Source: a bacterium
GTDB taxonomy: Bacteria > SAR324 > NAC60-12
Assembly: GCA_965233585.1 (NCBI GenBank)
Contig: CBDDTI010000547.1
Location: forward strand, 1 to 23,875
Length of the DNA: 23,875 nt
Direction: 5' to 3'
Below are positions 1-11,238 of this stretch, in pieces. The notes under the pieces were generated by a model, which worked only from the letters and a program-made list of their open reading frames with translations, ran no database searches and had not been told where the DNA came from. A program made the translations under genes and the position numbers. Position 1 is the first letter of the stretch, and each line of letters opens with the position of its first letter.

Positions 1-47
1 ATCCATCTATCCGTCCATCCATTCATCCATCTGTCTGTCTACCTACC
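1..47. repeat. (CCAT/CTAT/CTGT)n mixed tetranucleotide microsatellite, truncated by the window edge
   Basis: atccatctatccgtccatccattcatccatctgtctgtctacctacc read directly. Confidence 0.8.
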
Positions 48-56
48 AACAACGAG

Positions 57-3000
57 GAGCGGCTAAAGGCTGAAGTGGCCGAATTGCCTGATGTGGTGAT
101 GGCTGCCGCCCGGCCCAGGCATATTATCAACCATCGCAACAGATGATAATTTTGCTGGTTTCACGGTGATTTTTTTTTGGAGCAATGCTCATCATTGGAC
201 ACATGGGAAGTGCCTTCTTTGGATAAATGCTGACAGGTTGTGGTCGTTCATCATCATATTGGATTGCCTTTCGGACAGTGAGCATTTTCACCTGATTTTG
301 CTTGTCCGCCGATCCATGTCGCCAGTCGCAACGTGCCATCGGTGCAGTAGGGGTGCCCAATGACAGTCCATGGAGGTGGCTCCGACCACAGCAGGTGTTC
401 GCTTCGCCAAGGCAGTTGTTGAGCATGGACAACTCGCCCATCAAACGCTTGTTGCAGAGGAGATCCAGCCCAGCTTATCCAGTATTTATTGTACGGGTTT
501 ATGGGAAGGAGAGTGGCATAAACAATGTATTGTAACTAAACATTTGGCTGCTGGTTTCTTATCTTCATCACTTTCTCTCTTTTACTTGTCCACTTGGGAT
601 GATTGATTGCACAATATGGAGATCCTGTGGCCATTTCAGTACCGAACCCTGCTGACGTCTCATTGCAGGAATGGCGGAAGCATGACACAGGCTGCGTTGC
701 AGGAAGAGGCTGAGGAGGCTGAGGAGGCACTGGGGCTTTCAAACTTGCTCGTGGGCTTGCAGCTATTGGAGGATCGGTTGGGTACCATTCCGCCCTTGGG
801 CCAGTGCGCAGGTGACGATACGCCCAGGCTCACAAAATCGTTCCCAAAAGGACAGCTCTGCCTTTCATGTGATGTGACGCGTAGGTTTGATCACCGGTTC
901 CTCCCCTATGTAAATTGCAGGTGGTGCATAGATCGTTTTGGCACTTCTGTCATTCATGGCCAGCCATAGTCATAAAAGTTGTGATGCACACGTAATCCTT
1001 GAAGGCATCAAATGTCCTCGCAGGTGGCCACTGTCCATTCTTGCAAGGCCATATCCTATCAACCACCCCCAGCAAAAGTCCCATCAATCTTCACCCTTCC
1101 CTGAGTCTCTGAAGTGTACAAGGAGCTTCCAGCTGAAGAGATTGACGAGGAGTTGGAAGGCGGGACTTTCCCAAACCTTCCGCGGTCTCGAGTCCCTTTG
1201 CCAAGGAGGTAGAAGCTTTGAATGTCATCAAGAAGAAATGGCACAAAAAAAGCGCCTATTCAGGCTGCCCCACCCCACATTTGATGGCCTGCTACTTTAC
1301 AAATAACCAGCGAATTGTTGCATTCAGTTTCGCGTACCGAAGGCCTTACATTGTGAGCGCGTCCCAGCGCCAGGAGACGAGGGGAACGTGGGGAACGTGG
1401 AGTTGACCCAGCGCAGTGCCTTCGAGGAGATCGCTGGCTATCGTTGCCACATCAAAAAGCTGGCTCTTTTTGGAGATCAAAGCATATCAAGCTGGATAGC
1501 AAAAACATGCAAAAACCAATGATTGGCTGCTTCGAAGTTGTGGACGCCTTGCACATATCATCGACAGTCAGCAATGAACCAGATGCATTGAGAGATTCCT
1601 TGCAGCAGACACTTGAAGCGAGCCGATCAAATGGTTGAAGTTATAGATGACATCGCAAAGGCCCTGTAGCAATCCACCTTGTCAGAGGATTCATTGATGT
1701 ACACTGACAGCACCATCGGTGGGCAAGGTGATGCCACCCTAGGTCGGGGGCCCCCGACTGACTGCCTTGTGCTGCGATTTTGCCAAGGTTCGATTTTGTC
1801 CAAGGGCTGTAACAGCTGCAAGATTGGTCAGTTTGCCATGTTTGGGTGGAATCCACCCTTTGACTTTGTGAAAATGCTTCCTTGTTTTAGGTCACACGCT
1901 CATGGGCTTTGCCGATCAGGAGCGACAAACACGTTCAAGCAGCTTTGCATCCAGGGTGATTCATATCATCACAACACCTGACAATATATGTTTGGCCTTG
2001 CGTTTTTATCTCTGTGGTTTGAACCTATGGGATAGTTTGTTCTATGTTTTCCCACACCTTGTGATCAAATCCTCCAGAGAGGATACGCTTGATGCCCCAG
2101 AAGCAGAAGAGGAGCAGGAAGAGGCCATGACGATGAAGATAGAAACTGTGCTGAAATTTGTCGTGCACTCTTTTGGCCGCCCTTCGTGACTCTGAGACTT
2201 GGGACGGTATCAGCAAAAGCTTCCAAAGCGCATAGATAAAAACAGGTGATTCTATGCATCAATGTTCCCCAAGTCTTCTCTAAGGACGGTTTGCTTTGCG
2301 ACACCTGGGCCGGCCACACGTTGAAGCTAGAGCTTCGGGAGGAGCTGCAACCTGTTTTGGATGCCGATGACATCCCAGAAGAGCTCACCGCAGTGCCTGA
2401 AGCCAAGGTTTGGAATAGTTCGCACACTTTTCGGATGTTTCATTGCAGTCTTGTTGCTTCTGATGCTGGATTTTTGTTCGCGCATCAGAAGGTGCTATGT
2501 ATTGAAATCACATTCCGTTTCTGGTCTGGAAATGCCCATGCACCAATTCAACCGGCATAGGGTCACCGCTTTCTGCATTCCCAGAACTTACCGCAAGGAT
2601 GAGATTTGCCGCTCCCTATGTGCATCTCAGAACCGCCAACTTGACGCAGGTGGATGCAATAACTGTGCCGGCTTCTGCTGCGCTTCCGGATCCAGCTGCA
2701 CAAGTGGAACGGCTGTCGGCGCAAATCTCGCGCTTGTGCCCCGGTTCATATACAGTATGTGGATGCTAGGCCGGTTTCACTTTCATGTGAAACAACCGCG
2801 CTGCTGTGGCAGGGAGCGGCTCCAAAGTAGACCATTCACTGTAATTGAATGAAGCCTTGCAGCACTTGTTGTGCATACCTGGCTTTCGCACGGGCCCTTT
2901 CCGAGAGTATGCTGCTTTCAGGTACATGGATGTTGTGAGGGACTTAGATGCCTCAGCCCGCAAAGTTTGGGACGAGCTCTACGTGCTTTTCCAGGCGCTT

Positions 3001-4045
3001 CATGGAAAGGTCTTCAAAATACCAGTTTGTGAAACTGTGGTACATGTCAGGTATATCAAGATGTAAAGATGTTCATATGTTATTTCTGGCTCCACAGCAG
3101 ATCAACATTATTTTCATCACTACTACAACATTAGTTCGCTCCGTGGCACAAACCAATCATCCACGGGCAAAGGAGAAGATGAGAATCGACATGACAGACG
3201 AGGCACGAGTGCTGGCAGTCCTGGTCCTGAAAGCATTGCGTATCTCCATATGTTTCCATCTTGACACAATGCCCAGAAAATATTTATGCCCCAACCCTGT
3301 TGTTCAAAGTTCAAGCTCAAGGTCTTTGATTGCACATTGCGTGCCATGCTTTGATTGGGGGATCTAGAGATTGTTGTGCTACTGATGTGACATCACAGTA
3401 GTGGCGCAATTTCGAAAATATTGAAAGGAAAAATGCATCCTTCACAAATTCTTAAATTTGATTTCCACGACTGGATGGTCACAGCAAAAATGTCAACAAG
3501 TTTGTATGAAGTCAAAAATATCATGGGGCGGCGGCACCAGGACCAGAGCGAGATTGAGGCCTTCATTTTCGAGCATCTACCCACCGAGAGCTGCTTGTCC
3601 GAAAGAGATTGAATCGCGGGAGTGGTCTAGGGTAAGGCAAGACTTGCGCGGAATCTGATGCAGCAGCATTGCCGAAGAACAGTTGCAACATTTGAAAAGC
3701 TTGGAGTGTTGGCGGTCATTCGGCTACGCTGATGTCTTTTTATGGTCTTGCCGTTCACAACCAAGTAGATTTGTTCAGCAAGTTCAGGACTTGTTTGCCC
3801 ACCTGAGGCACTGAACTTATCTGGAAAGTTTACAAGGCCAAATGGGAAACTATGGGCTAGGGCCAAGTTCTTTGCCCACAAAAGCTAGCTGTTGATCAAT
3901 ATAGTTCCCCCTTTTATGCAAGATCTTCTTTCCTGCTGCATGATACCATTCCAGAGACACCTGGCTTGGGAGGTGCTTTACTTGGAGCAAGAACGAGATA
4001 GACTTCACAAATTAATGGAAAGCCCAGAGAAAACATATGTTTTGT
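57..4045 (+). CDS. Uncharacterised multi-exon gene (or gene remnant) with many short exons; exact structure unresolved
   Basis: Non-repetitive sequence of balanced composition with protein-like segments bounded by AG|G acceptors and AG|GC or AG|GT donors: 57-118 ERLKAEVAELPDVVMAAARP(R), 2082-2123 DTLDAPEAEEEQEE, ~2342-2407 ELQPVLDADDIPEELTAVPEAK, ~2940-2994 DLDASARKVWDELYVLFQ, from 3541 DQSEIEAFIFEHLPTE. No family recognised; the end coordinate is approximate and more than one gene is possible. Confidence 0.5.
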
Positions 4046-4374
4046 GAGCATGTCTTCAGTCGAACATATCACTCCCTTCATCATTGTGTAGGGTTCTTGC
4101 TTTTCTTATTCACGAAAAAAACAAACAACGCCATCTTTTTTCCGATGATTGGGGCTTTATAAGATTGGTAAGTTTGTCGGCCTTTGTATTATCATCTAAT
4201 TATGAAATAAAGGATTTGAGAACATATAGCATTTGAATTGAAACAAAGTTCTTTTATTTTGAAATAAAAATCAAAAATATATTTGGAAAATTTTGGTTAG
4301 AACTCAAATAAGTGAAATGAATGTATTTGGCCATATTATATAATAATTATTATACTAATATTACTATTTGACTG

Positions 4375-6095
4375 TACACAGAGCGCGCGCGCAGTTTCCC
4401 GAGCCCAAATCTCCCAAAAATCTGCCACAATTTTAGGACTTTCACGAAGACATCTTCAGTCTATGCGAATACAAACTCAGTCTGTACTTCCTGAGCCCCC
4501 TGCGCGGAAGTCGAAAATTCACTACTTTTTTGGGGATCTTTCGTTTTGTATTTCCCAAAAAAAAAGTGATCACTGGGCAAATGCAGCACGGTCGGTCGCG
4601 GACGGTCGGGGGTTTGATTCCCCTTAGGTCCGTCCCGACCCCCTGAGCTATTGCCTTCGCTTGCCTAGCTTCTGCGCTATTGTTTCTGTGCTCTTTCTAA
4701 CACGCACCTCTGCGAAACTGCCCGCTTGCTGCACCCACGTTCTACCGCACACTGTGCCTGCTTCCTTAGCCTGCGCGCGCTGTTTTGGGGAACTTCTTTG
4801 CTTTCGGTAGCAACTTTGGAGGGCAGCTTTGGGGAGCAACTTTGCAGCTTTGCAGCAGCATTGACGAACAGTTGCTTTGAAGAACGACAGCTTTTGGCAG
4901 TAGCTTTAGAAAGCAACTTTGGAAAGCAGCTTTCGGAAACAACTTTTGGAGGCAGCTTTAGCAGCTTGGGGGAGCAGCTGTTCGGAGCAGCTTTCGATAA
5001 CAACTTTGGGGAGCGGCTTTGGGGAACAGGTTTGAAGCATAACCGCTTTGGGGAGCAGCTTTCGGGGGCAGCTTTACAAACAACTTCAGGGAGCAGCTTT
5101 CACTAGCAACTTTCGGGAGCAGCTTGCGGGAGCCGCTTTGCAGAATAGCTTTGGGACCCGTTTTGAGGTATAGGTTTGAGAAGAATCGTAGCTTTGGGGC
5201 AATAGCTTTGGACAGCACCTTTGGGGCAATAGCTTTGGACAGCACTTTTGGGGAGCAGCTTTTGGTAGCAACTTTGGGGCGCTATCAGAGCCGCTTTGCA
5301 AAATAGGTTTCAGCTTTGCTTTGGGGCACAGCTTTGGGGAGCAGCGCCGGGTAACAGCTTTGAGGAACAACTTTGAAGAGCAGCTTTGGGGACCAACTGT
5401 GGGGAGCAACTTTGCGGCTTTGCAGGAGCATTGATGAATAGTTGCTTTAAAGAACGACAGCTTTGGGGAGTAGCTTTTTAGAAAACAACTTTGGGAAGCA
5501 GCTTTTCGGAAACAACTTTTGGAAGTAATTTTCGCTTTCGGTTATCGATTAGCAACCTGGCTTACTCTGAGCTTGGCTCTCCGTTTCCGGACTGCAGAGA
5601 GGGATTAACTGACTGCCTGTCTAGCTGAGTGTTGCTCCCGGGTATCGAGCCTGGGACCGGTTGGAAGAGGGACGCCGCCATAACCACTGAGCTAATTCGA
5701 CAACAACTTTGGGGGTCGGCTTTGAGGAACAGCTTTGTGGAGCAGGTTGGGGGAGCAGCTTTTAGGAGCAGCCTTGCATAGCAGCTTTCAAGAATCGCAG
5801 CTGTGGGGATTGACTTTAGAACATCACTTTGAGGAGCAGCTTTCGGTAGCAACTTTGGGTTTGTGGAGCCATTTTGGCAAATTTTCCGGAATAACTTTGA
5901 GGAACAAGTACATTGAAGAACAGCAGTTTTCGGGGGAAGCTTTTTGGAGCAAGCAGCGCGGAACTACTTTTGGAGTAACTTTGGGGACTAGCTTTGGGGG
6001 TTTGGAGGGTATTTTGGCGTAGTTTTGGGAACCAGTTTTGCGAATAATTTTTTGGGAATAACTGTGGGGCGCAGCTATGTGCGGAGGAGCTTTTA
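4375..6095 (+). repeat. Interspersed repeat with a GC-rich unique head followed by a degenerate GGGGAGCAGCTTT minisatellite array
   Basis: From ~4785 to ~6090, tandem 12-14 nt variants of ggggagcagcttt/agcaacttt. A higher-order duplication is visible (4831-4950 vs 5402-5523). Boundaries approximate. Confidence 0.75.
5533..5701 (-). mobile_element. tRNA-derived SINE-like insertion (169 bp) inside the GGAGCAGCTTT array
   Basis: The minus strand starts GTCGAAT-TAGCTCAGTGG (A-box, 5684-5694) and has CCAGG-CTCGATA-CCCGG (T-arm/B-box-like, 5638-5654) at tRNA spacing (72-nt head, 5630-5701), then a ~97-nt unrelated tail. It interrupts the host unit between TTTT (5529-5532) and AACAAC (5702); the equivalent uninterrupted unit is at ~4948-4972. 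Confidence 0.7.
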
Positions 6096-6176
6096 TTGCT
6101 TATTTATTTCTAAATTATACATTCTATTTTGTGATGGATTATATTTTTATATTATAATTTATGATTAATTTTTTTT

Positions 6177-7674
6177 TTCGTAAAAATATCTGAATATAAG
6201 CTTTTTCTAATAATAAAAAATTTATATTTTATTTTTTTATCCTTATATTTTCTTATGTTTATATTTTCTTATTTTTATATTTGTATATTTTTATATTTCC
6301 TTATTTTTACATTTTTTTATTTTTACATCTATATATTTTTATATTTTCTTACTTTTATATTTATTTATTTTATATTTTATAATGTTTATAATTTTATATT
6401 TTAATATTTTTTTTTTTGTATTTTTTCTTTTTTGCTTTTTGATTTTCTCCGCTTGCCTTCTTGCCTCTCCTTTTTTCTATTTTTTTTCTGAAGGCGGGGC
6501 AAGGATAGTGCTAACGAGACGGTACGAAATATAATGCTTTCGAATGAAATGAGGCTTGATTACCAAAAATTTTTACCTGGATGTCTAAATTATTTTATAT
6601 AATTTTTTTAATGAAATGAGGTTTGATTACCAAAAATTGAGGTAATATTACGATTTCAAGTTATTCCGTATAACCCTTTTGTATGAAATGAGGTTCGATC
6701 GTTAAAATTTAAAATTCCGCGTAATTATTTCGTACCAAATGAGGTTCGATTACTAAAAATTGAAGTGAAATCGTAATTTCTTTGTCTAATCATGATTATT
6801 TCGTATAAAATGAGGTTTAAATTGCGATTTACTGTGTGTAAAAGTATTTGTGTATAAATGTGTTTGTGTGTAAAAGTATTTGTGTGTAAAAGCATTTGTA
6901 TGTAAAAGCGTCTGTCTTTAAAATTGATAGTTTGTAAAAATATTTGTGTGTAAAAGTTTTTGTGTGCAAAAGTGTCTGTGTGTTAAAGTGTTTGTGTGTA
7001 AAAGTGTATGTGTGTAAAAGCGTCTGTGTGTAAAAGTGTTTGTATGTAAAAATGTCTGTGTATAAAAGTGTTTGTGTGTTAAATAAAGCTTTTGTGTGCA
7101 AAAGTGTCTGTATGTCAAAGTGATTGTATGAAAAAGTGTTTGTATATAAAACCTTCTGTGTATAAAAGTGTTTATGTGTAAATGTGTAAAAGCCGTCTGT
7201 GTGTAAAAGGGTCTGGGTGTAAAAGTTTCTGTGTGTAAAAGCGTCTGTGTGTAAAAATGTCTGTCTGTAAAAGCGGCTGTGTGTAAAAGTGTTTGTCTGT
7301 AAAAGCGGTTGTGTGTAAAAGTTTTGTGTATAAAAGCGTCTGTGTAAAAAGTAACAGTGTGTAAAAGCGTCTATGTGTAAAATTGTCTGGATGTAAAAGA
7401 GCCTATATGTAAAAGTGTCTGTGTATAAAAGTATCTATGTGTAAAAAAAGCTTTTGTGTGTAAAAGCTTCTTTTTGTCAGGGGTTGTTTGTGTAAAAATT
7501 TGCAATATTTCTGTGTGTAAAAGTATTTGTAATGCAAACTATTATTTTGTATTTATATAATATTATCTTGATTCGTTTTGTGTGCCTTTAATATATCTTG
7601 AATATATTAGTTTGCAAAAAAATGGTAGTTCTTTACTAACAAGAGAAGACCCTGTTCCTTTACGCTCTTGAGTC
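6177..7674 (-). mobile_element. ACAC-satellite family element, minus copy, heavily AT-decayed at its left end
   Basis: Reverse-complement homology to 11915-13055 in the same module order: terminus (6177-6225 vs 13008-13055), decayed GATGAGAA tract (~6230-6420), unique linker (6451-6527 vs 12587-12660), ~60-bp AAATGAGGTTCGATC units, TGTGTGTAAAAG satellite (6833-7525), and 7521-7558 vs 11921-11956. Confidence 0.8.
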
Positions 7675-7689
7675 ATCCGTCGTTTAATC

Positions 7690-8354
7690 TATTTTTCTTC
7701 TGAAGGCGGGGATAGGGGGCAAAACGAAATGTAACTCTTTCGTACAAAATGAGGTTCAAACGCCAAAACCTGAGGTAAGATTACGATTTCAATTTCTACC
7801 ACGCAATTCTTTCGTTTGAAATGAAGTTCGATCGCCAAAATCTCAGTTAAAAATACGATGTCCAAGTCGTTCCGCGCATTTTTTCGTACTGAATGAGGTT
7901 CGATCGCCAAAAGCTAAGGTAAAAGTGCTATTTCAAGTTGTTCCGTACAACTCTTTCGCACGAAATCAGGTTCGATCGTCAAAAATGGAGGTAAAATTAC
8001 GATTTCAAGTTGCTTCGAATAACCCTTTCGCACCAAATGAGGTTCGGTCACCAAAAATTGAGCTAAAATTCCTACCAAATCGCGACCCCTTTCGCATGAG
8101 ATGAGGTTAAATCGCCCAAAACTGAAAAAAATTTCGATTTTCTGTGCGAAAGCATCTCTGTGCAAACGCGTCTGCATGCAAAAGCGTTTGTGTTTAAAAC
8201 TGTTATTGTGTAAAAGCGTCTGTGTGCAAAAGCGTTTGTGTTTAAAAGAGCGTTTGTGTTTAAAAGTGTGGGCGTGCAAAAGCGTCTGTGTGTGCAAGGT
8301 TTTGTGTGCAATTCTGTGTGTAAAAATGTCTGCGTGTAAAGACCTCTGTGTGTA
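7690..8354 (-). mobile_element. Second, partial minus copy of the ACAC-satellite family
   Basis: Restarts at the linker tatttttcttctgaaggcgggg (same as ~6478-6499), followed by ~60-bp gaaatgaggttcgatcgccaaaa units and TGTGTGTAAAAG satellite. Confidence 0.75.
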
Positions 8355-8700
8355 ACAGAGACACTTTTACACAAAGAAGCTTCTACACAAAGATGTTTTT
8401 ACACACAGACACTTGTACACTTACACGCTTTCACACACAAATGCCTTTACACAAACAATCTTACACACAGACACTTTTACAGATATAAACTTTCACACAC
8501 AGACGCTTTTAGACACTGACACATTTACAGACAGAGGTTTTTACAAACAGGCGCTTTTACACACAGATCCTTTTACACACAAAACCTTTTACTAACACTT
8601 TTAAACACAACCGTTTTTACACACAAATGCTTTTTTACACAGTAACAGTTTTCAACAAAGACATTTTTGCTGACAGACAAACAAACTTCTTTTAGACATT
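8355..8700 (+). repeat. ACACAGACRCTTTTAC satellite fragment in the opposite orientation to the adjacent copy
   Basis: The motif switches abruptly from tgtgtgtaaaag to cttttacacaca at ~8354/8355. Confidence 0.8.
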
Positions 8701-8704
8701 CACG

Positions 8705-9990
8705 TGTAGGGTTTTGTTTTAGTTCTGTATCCTCTCCTTCCTTTCCATCCGTTCACCCACTGTCTCAGATGCTGTTTGACTCACCCAACTCATTCACTGG
8801 CTCCTTTGCTTTACGTGGCAGCCTTGGGACACCGCAGACTCCCAAGGGGTAGCTGCGCGCCGTGGCGTCCCTCGGGCTCCGCATTTTTTGAATGGCAGCC
8901 TTTTCATACCCCGGGCTCTGCCATTTTTTGGCAGTGTGGGCGAATGTTTCGTGCAAAGGGATCGGATGTTCACCCTTGTTTCACTGGGCCTTCGCCGCTT
9001 TTGCGCAGCGGGCATAGAACAATGCCTTCGTTCTGGCGTTCGTCGGGGTCCAGGTCTTTTGCAAAAAAGCAAAAGGTCAAATGCATGCACTGGCGTCCCT
9101 CGGGGTTCCAAGGAATGAAATGTGTAAAATGCAGTGCCAAGGCGTCGGATGTTTGTCCTGTTTCTTTTGGATCTGTCTCCTTTCCGAGGCTCTGCCGACA
9201 TTTTCAAGGGCTCGGACCCACGCCCTGGTGTCTCTCGCGCTCTGCCGCTTTTGCGAGGCTTTGCGAGGCAAGCTTGGGGAAATGTGCATGATTCTGGCTT
9301 TTTCAAAGAAACATTCTCTCTTGTTCATTCACTTTCATTTGTTTTGACTGAGTGATAGATTCTTTGAAATCAATCACACCCCAACTTAGTCAGACCTTCC
9401 ATCCCCAAAGCACTTTGTTAAAATTTTTTTTCCCCGACCCACACATTCACATTAGGCATGCGCACACACTCACGACACATGAAACAAACGCGTCGACACA
9501 CAAAAACTTTACACAGAACAGAAATTTTTGCATGCCGACAGCTTTAAAAACAGACTGGACTATTTTGGACATAGAAACCAAGAAACAACGGAAAATTCAA
9601 TCGCTTTGACAAACAAGTGTCTTGATATTTCCTCTCAGAAGCGGTTGCTACAAAAAATTTCACCCAAACCTTTTAGGCATGAAAGAATTTAAATTTCCGA
9701 GGGTTAGATTTACGCCTTAGAATCGCTCGAGCTCCATCTTTTTTGCGTTCTGGGTTTGGGAAATATGCATTGCTAGGGGTTTTGTTTCGAGGAAAGCCTG
9801 GAACAATGAATAATATATTTTTTCACTCACTCATTCACTTTCACTTTTTGCCCCACTGATTGATTTCCTGACAACACTCATGCAACCGTTAATCACTCAT
9901 TCATTTACTTCTTTGAGACAGACTGACTCACCCACACACCACTGACCTGTGCATGCACATAAACACACACAGATATTCTGCACCCATCAC
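8705..9990. repeat. Degenerate long-period repeat region (roughly 0.5 kb units) with CACTCATTCACT motifs
   Basis: Recurrent blocks: tagggttttgttt (~8707, variant ~9775), ttggg(g)aaatRtgcat (~9274, ~9756), tcattcact (~8790, ~9325, ~9831) and an exact tggcgtccctcggg at 8863 and 9091. Boundaries uncertain. Confidence 0.5.
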
Positions 9991-10806
9991 ACACCCTCCT
10001 AATTGTATTTCTTTCTTTTTTGTATTAACACATTTCCAAAATATATGGTTACACACTCATGTAATTCTAAATTATTTTTTTTTGGATTTTTATTTTTATT
10101 TAAATATATTTATCTATTTTTTTCTATATTAAATAAACAATTTTTTCCAATTTATTTATTTTTACAAATATTGATATATATTTTGATTTTTTATTTTTTT
10201 CTAATTATTTTTTTAATTTTAATTTTTTTAATTTTTTATGGAAGATGGATTGCTTGAAAGCGCAAGAGAGAATAATTTTTCATGGTAATAAGAAGACACC
10301 ATAGTCAAAACAAAGCATTGGTGCTACATTGACCATGTCATAGGTGTAACCGATCAACATCAGGTACTCAATTTTGGCCAGTACACCTTTGACCTAGCAG
10401 AGAAAGTGATGAATTAAATAATGCATTTAATTGGTAGACTACATACAATAGTAGGAGTGAGAAGAAAATTGCTATAGGGCGTTGGCGCGGGTTAATGAAT
10501 AAAAACTAAATAAACTATCAGTTTCAAGCATAGGATGATGATAAAGCATATCAAGCCATGGCTCCCGTTCGTTGCTGTTTTCCCAAACTTCAAACCAACA
10601 TTCTGACCTACCGAACATGACTTCCCAATGGAAATGTTCATTCCACCAGTAAATGACATTGTCGTTGATGATTGGACTGCGCAGCCGCTCTACAACCGCA
10701 GAACACCCAGCGTGTAGTTTCGATTTTTTGTGCCCGTCTGACTGCGGTGGAGGATGCTGCAGTCAATCGCCTAGCAAAGTCCATTACTCAATTGTCACTG
10801 TGTCAG

Positions 10807-10851
10807 GTCACTACAGACGAAGTTGATGCCGCCACCTATCTTCTCGACAAG
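10807..10851 (+). CDS. Possible isolated exon (VTTDEVDAATYLLDK) within a unique-sequence island at ~10560-11220
   Basis: cag|GTC...AAG|gc boundaries, 45 nt, phase 0, lying inside ORF 10672-10926. Neighbouring exons are not resolved. Confidence 0.3.
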
Positions 10852-11238
10852 GCATGCCAGAAGCTTGGAAGAATCCAGACATCCCACCCCAGAGGGTCAC
10901 TGACCTTGAAGCTGCCATACGCGTAATGCGTTATTAGAGCTGCATCTTTGATAGTTGCACAATTTCCGCCAGTTACGAAGTTAGCCAGGAAAAAAAAGCC
11001 ATACTGTTTGTGCCACACACAGCCAAAGGTGCAAGGACGTCATCGGAAGAGTAAAATGAACAGATTCCACCACGCACTGATGTTGAACGTAATCTTTCAG
11101 TTCATTAAGACTATTGGCAAGAGAACTTGTGTACCGGAGTCGGCGACAAACCCTGGCAGCTCCCCAGGCGAACCGTTTTGGCACCGTGCCCATCAAACAG
11201 CACCTTTAGAGTAGAGCTCAGGAAATTATCCACTACTG

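Noticed and set aside
127..444. 105-aa minus-strand ORF as the real gene in this region
   Set aside because: Splice-like boundaries and protein-like segments across 57-4045 favour the + strand; this ORF has no recognisable features, though the strand call is not certain.
4599..4650. B-box-like GGTTTGATTCC hairpin on + and A-box-like TAGCTCAGGGG on -
   Set aside because: The two boxes are on opposite strands and no cloverleaf spacing can be built, so no tRNA or SINE was called.
5630..5701. Functional tRNA gene
   Set aside because: Acceptor stem (GTCGAAT/GAGCAAC) and anticodon stem largely fail to pair; treated as a SINE-like head instead.
5867..5878. AGCCATTTTGGC, a 12-nt match to the dinoflagellate spliced leader
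   Set aside because: Lies within the ggagcagctttgg array, of which it is a near variant; flanks do not match the leader (no CCGT or TCAAG) and no ORF follows.
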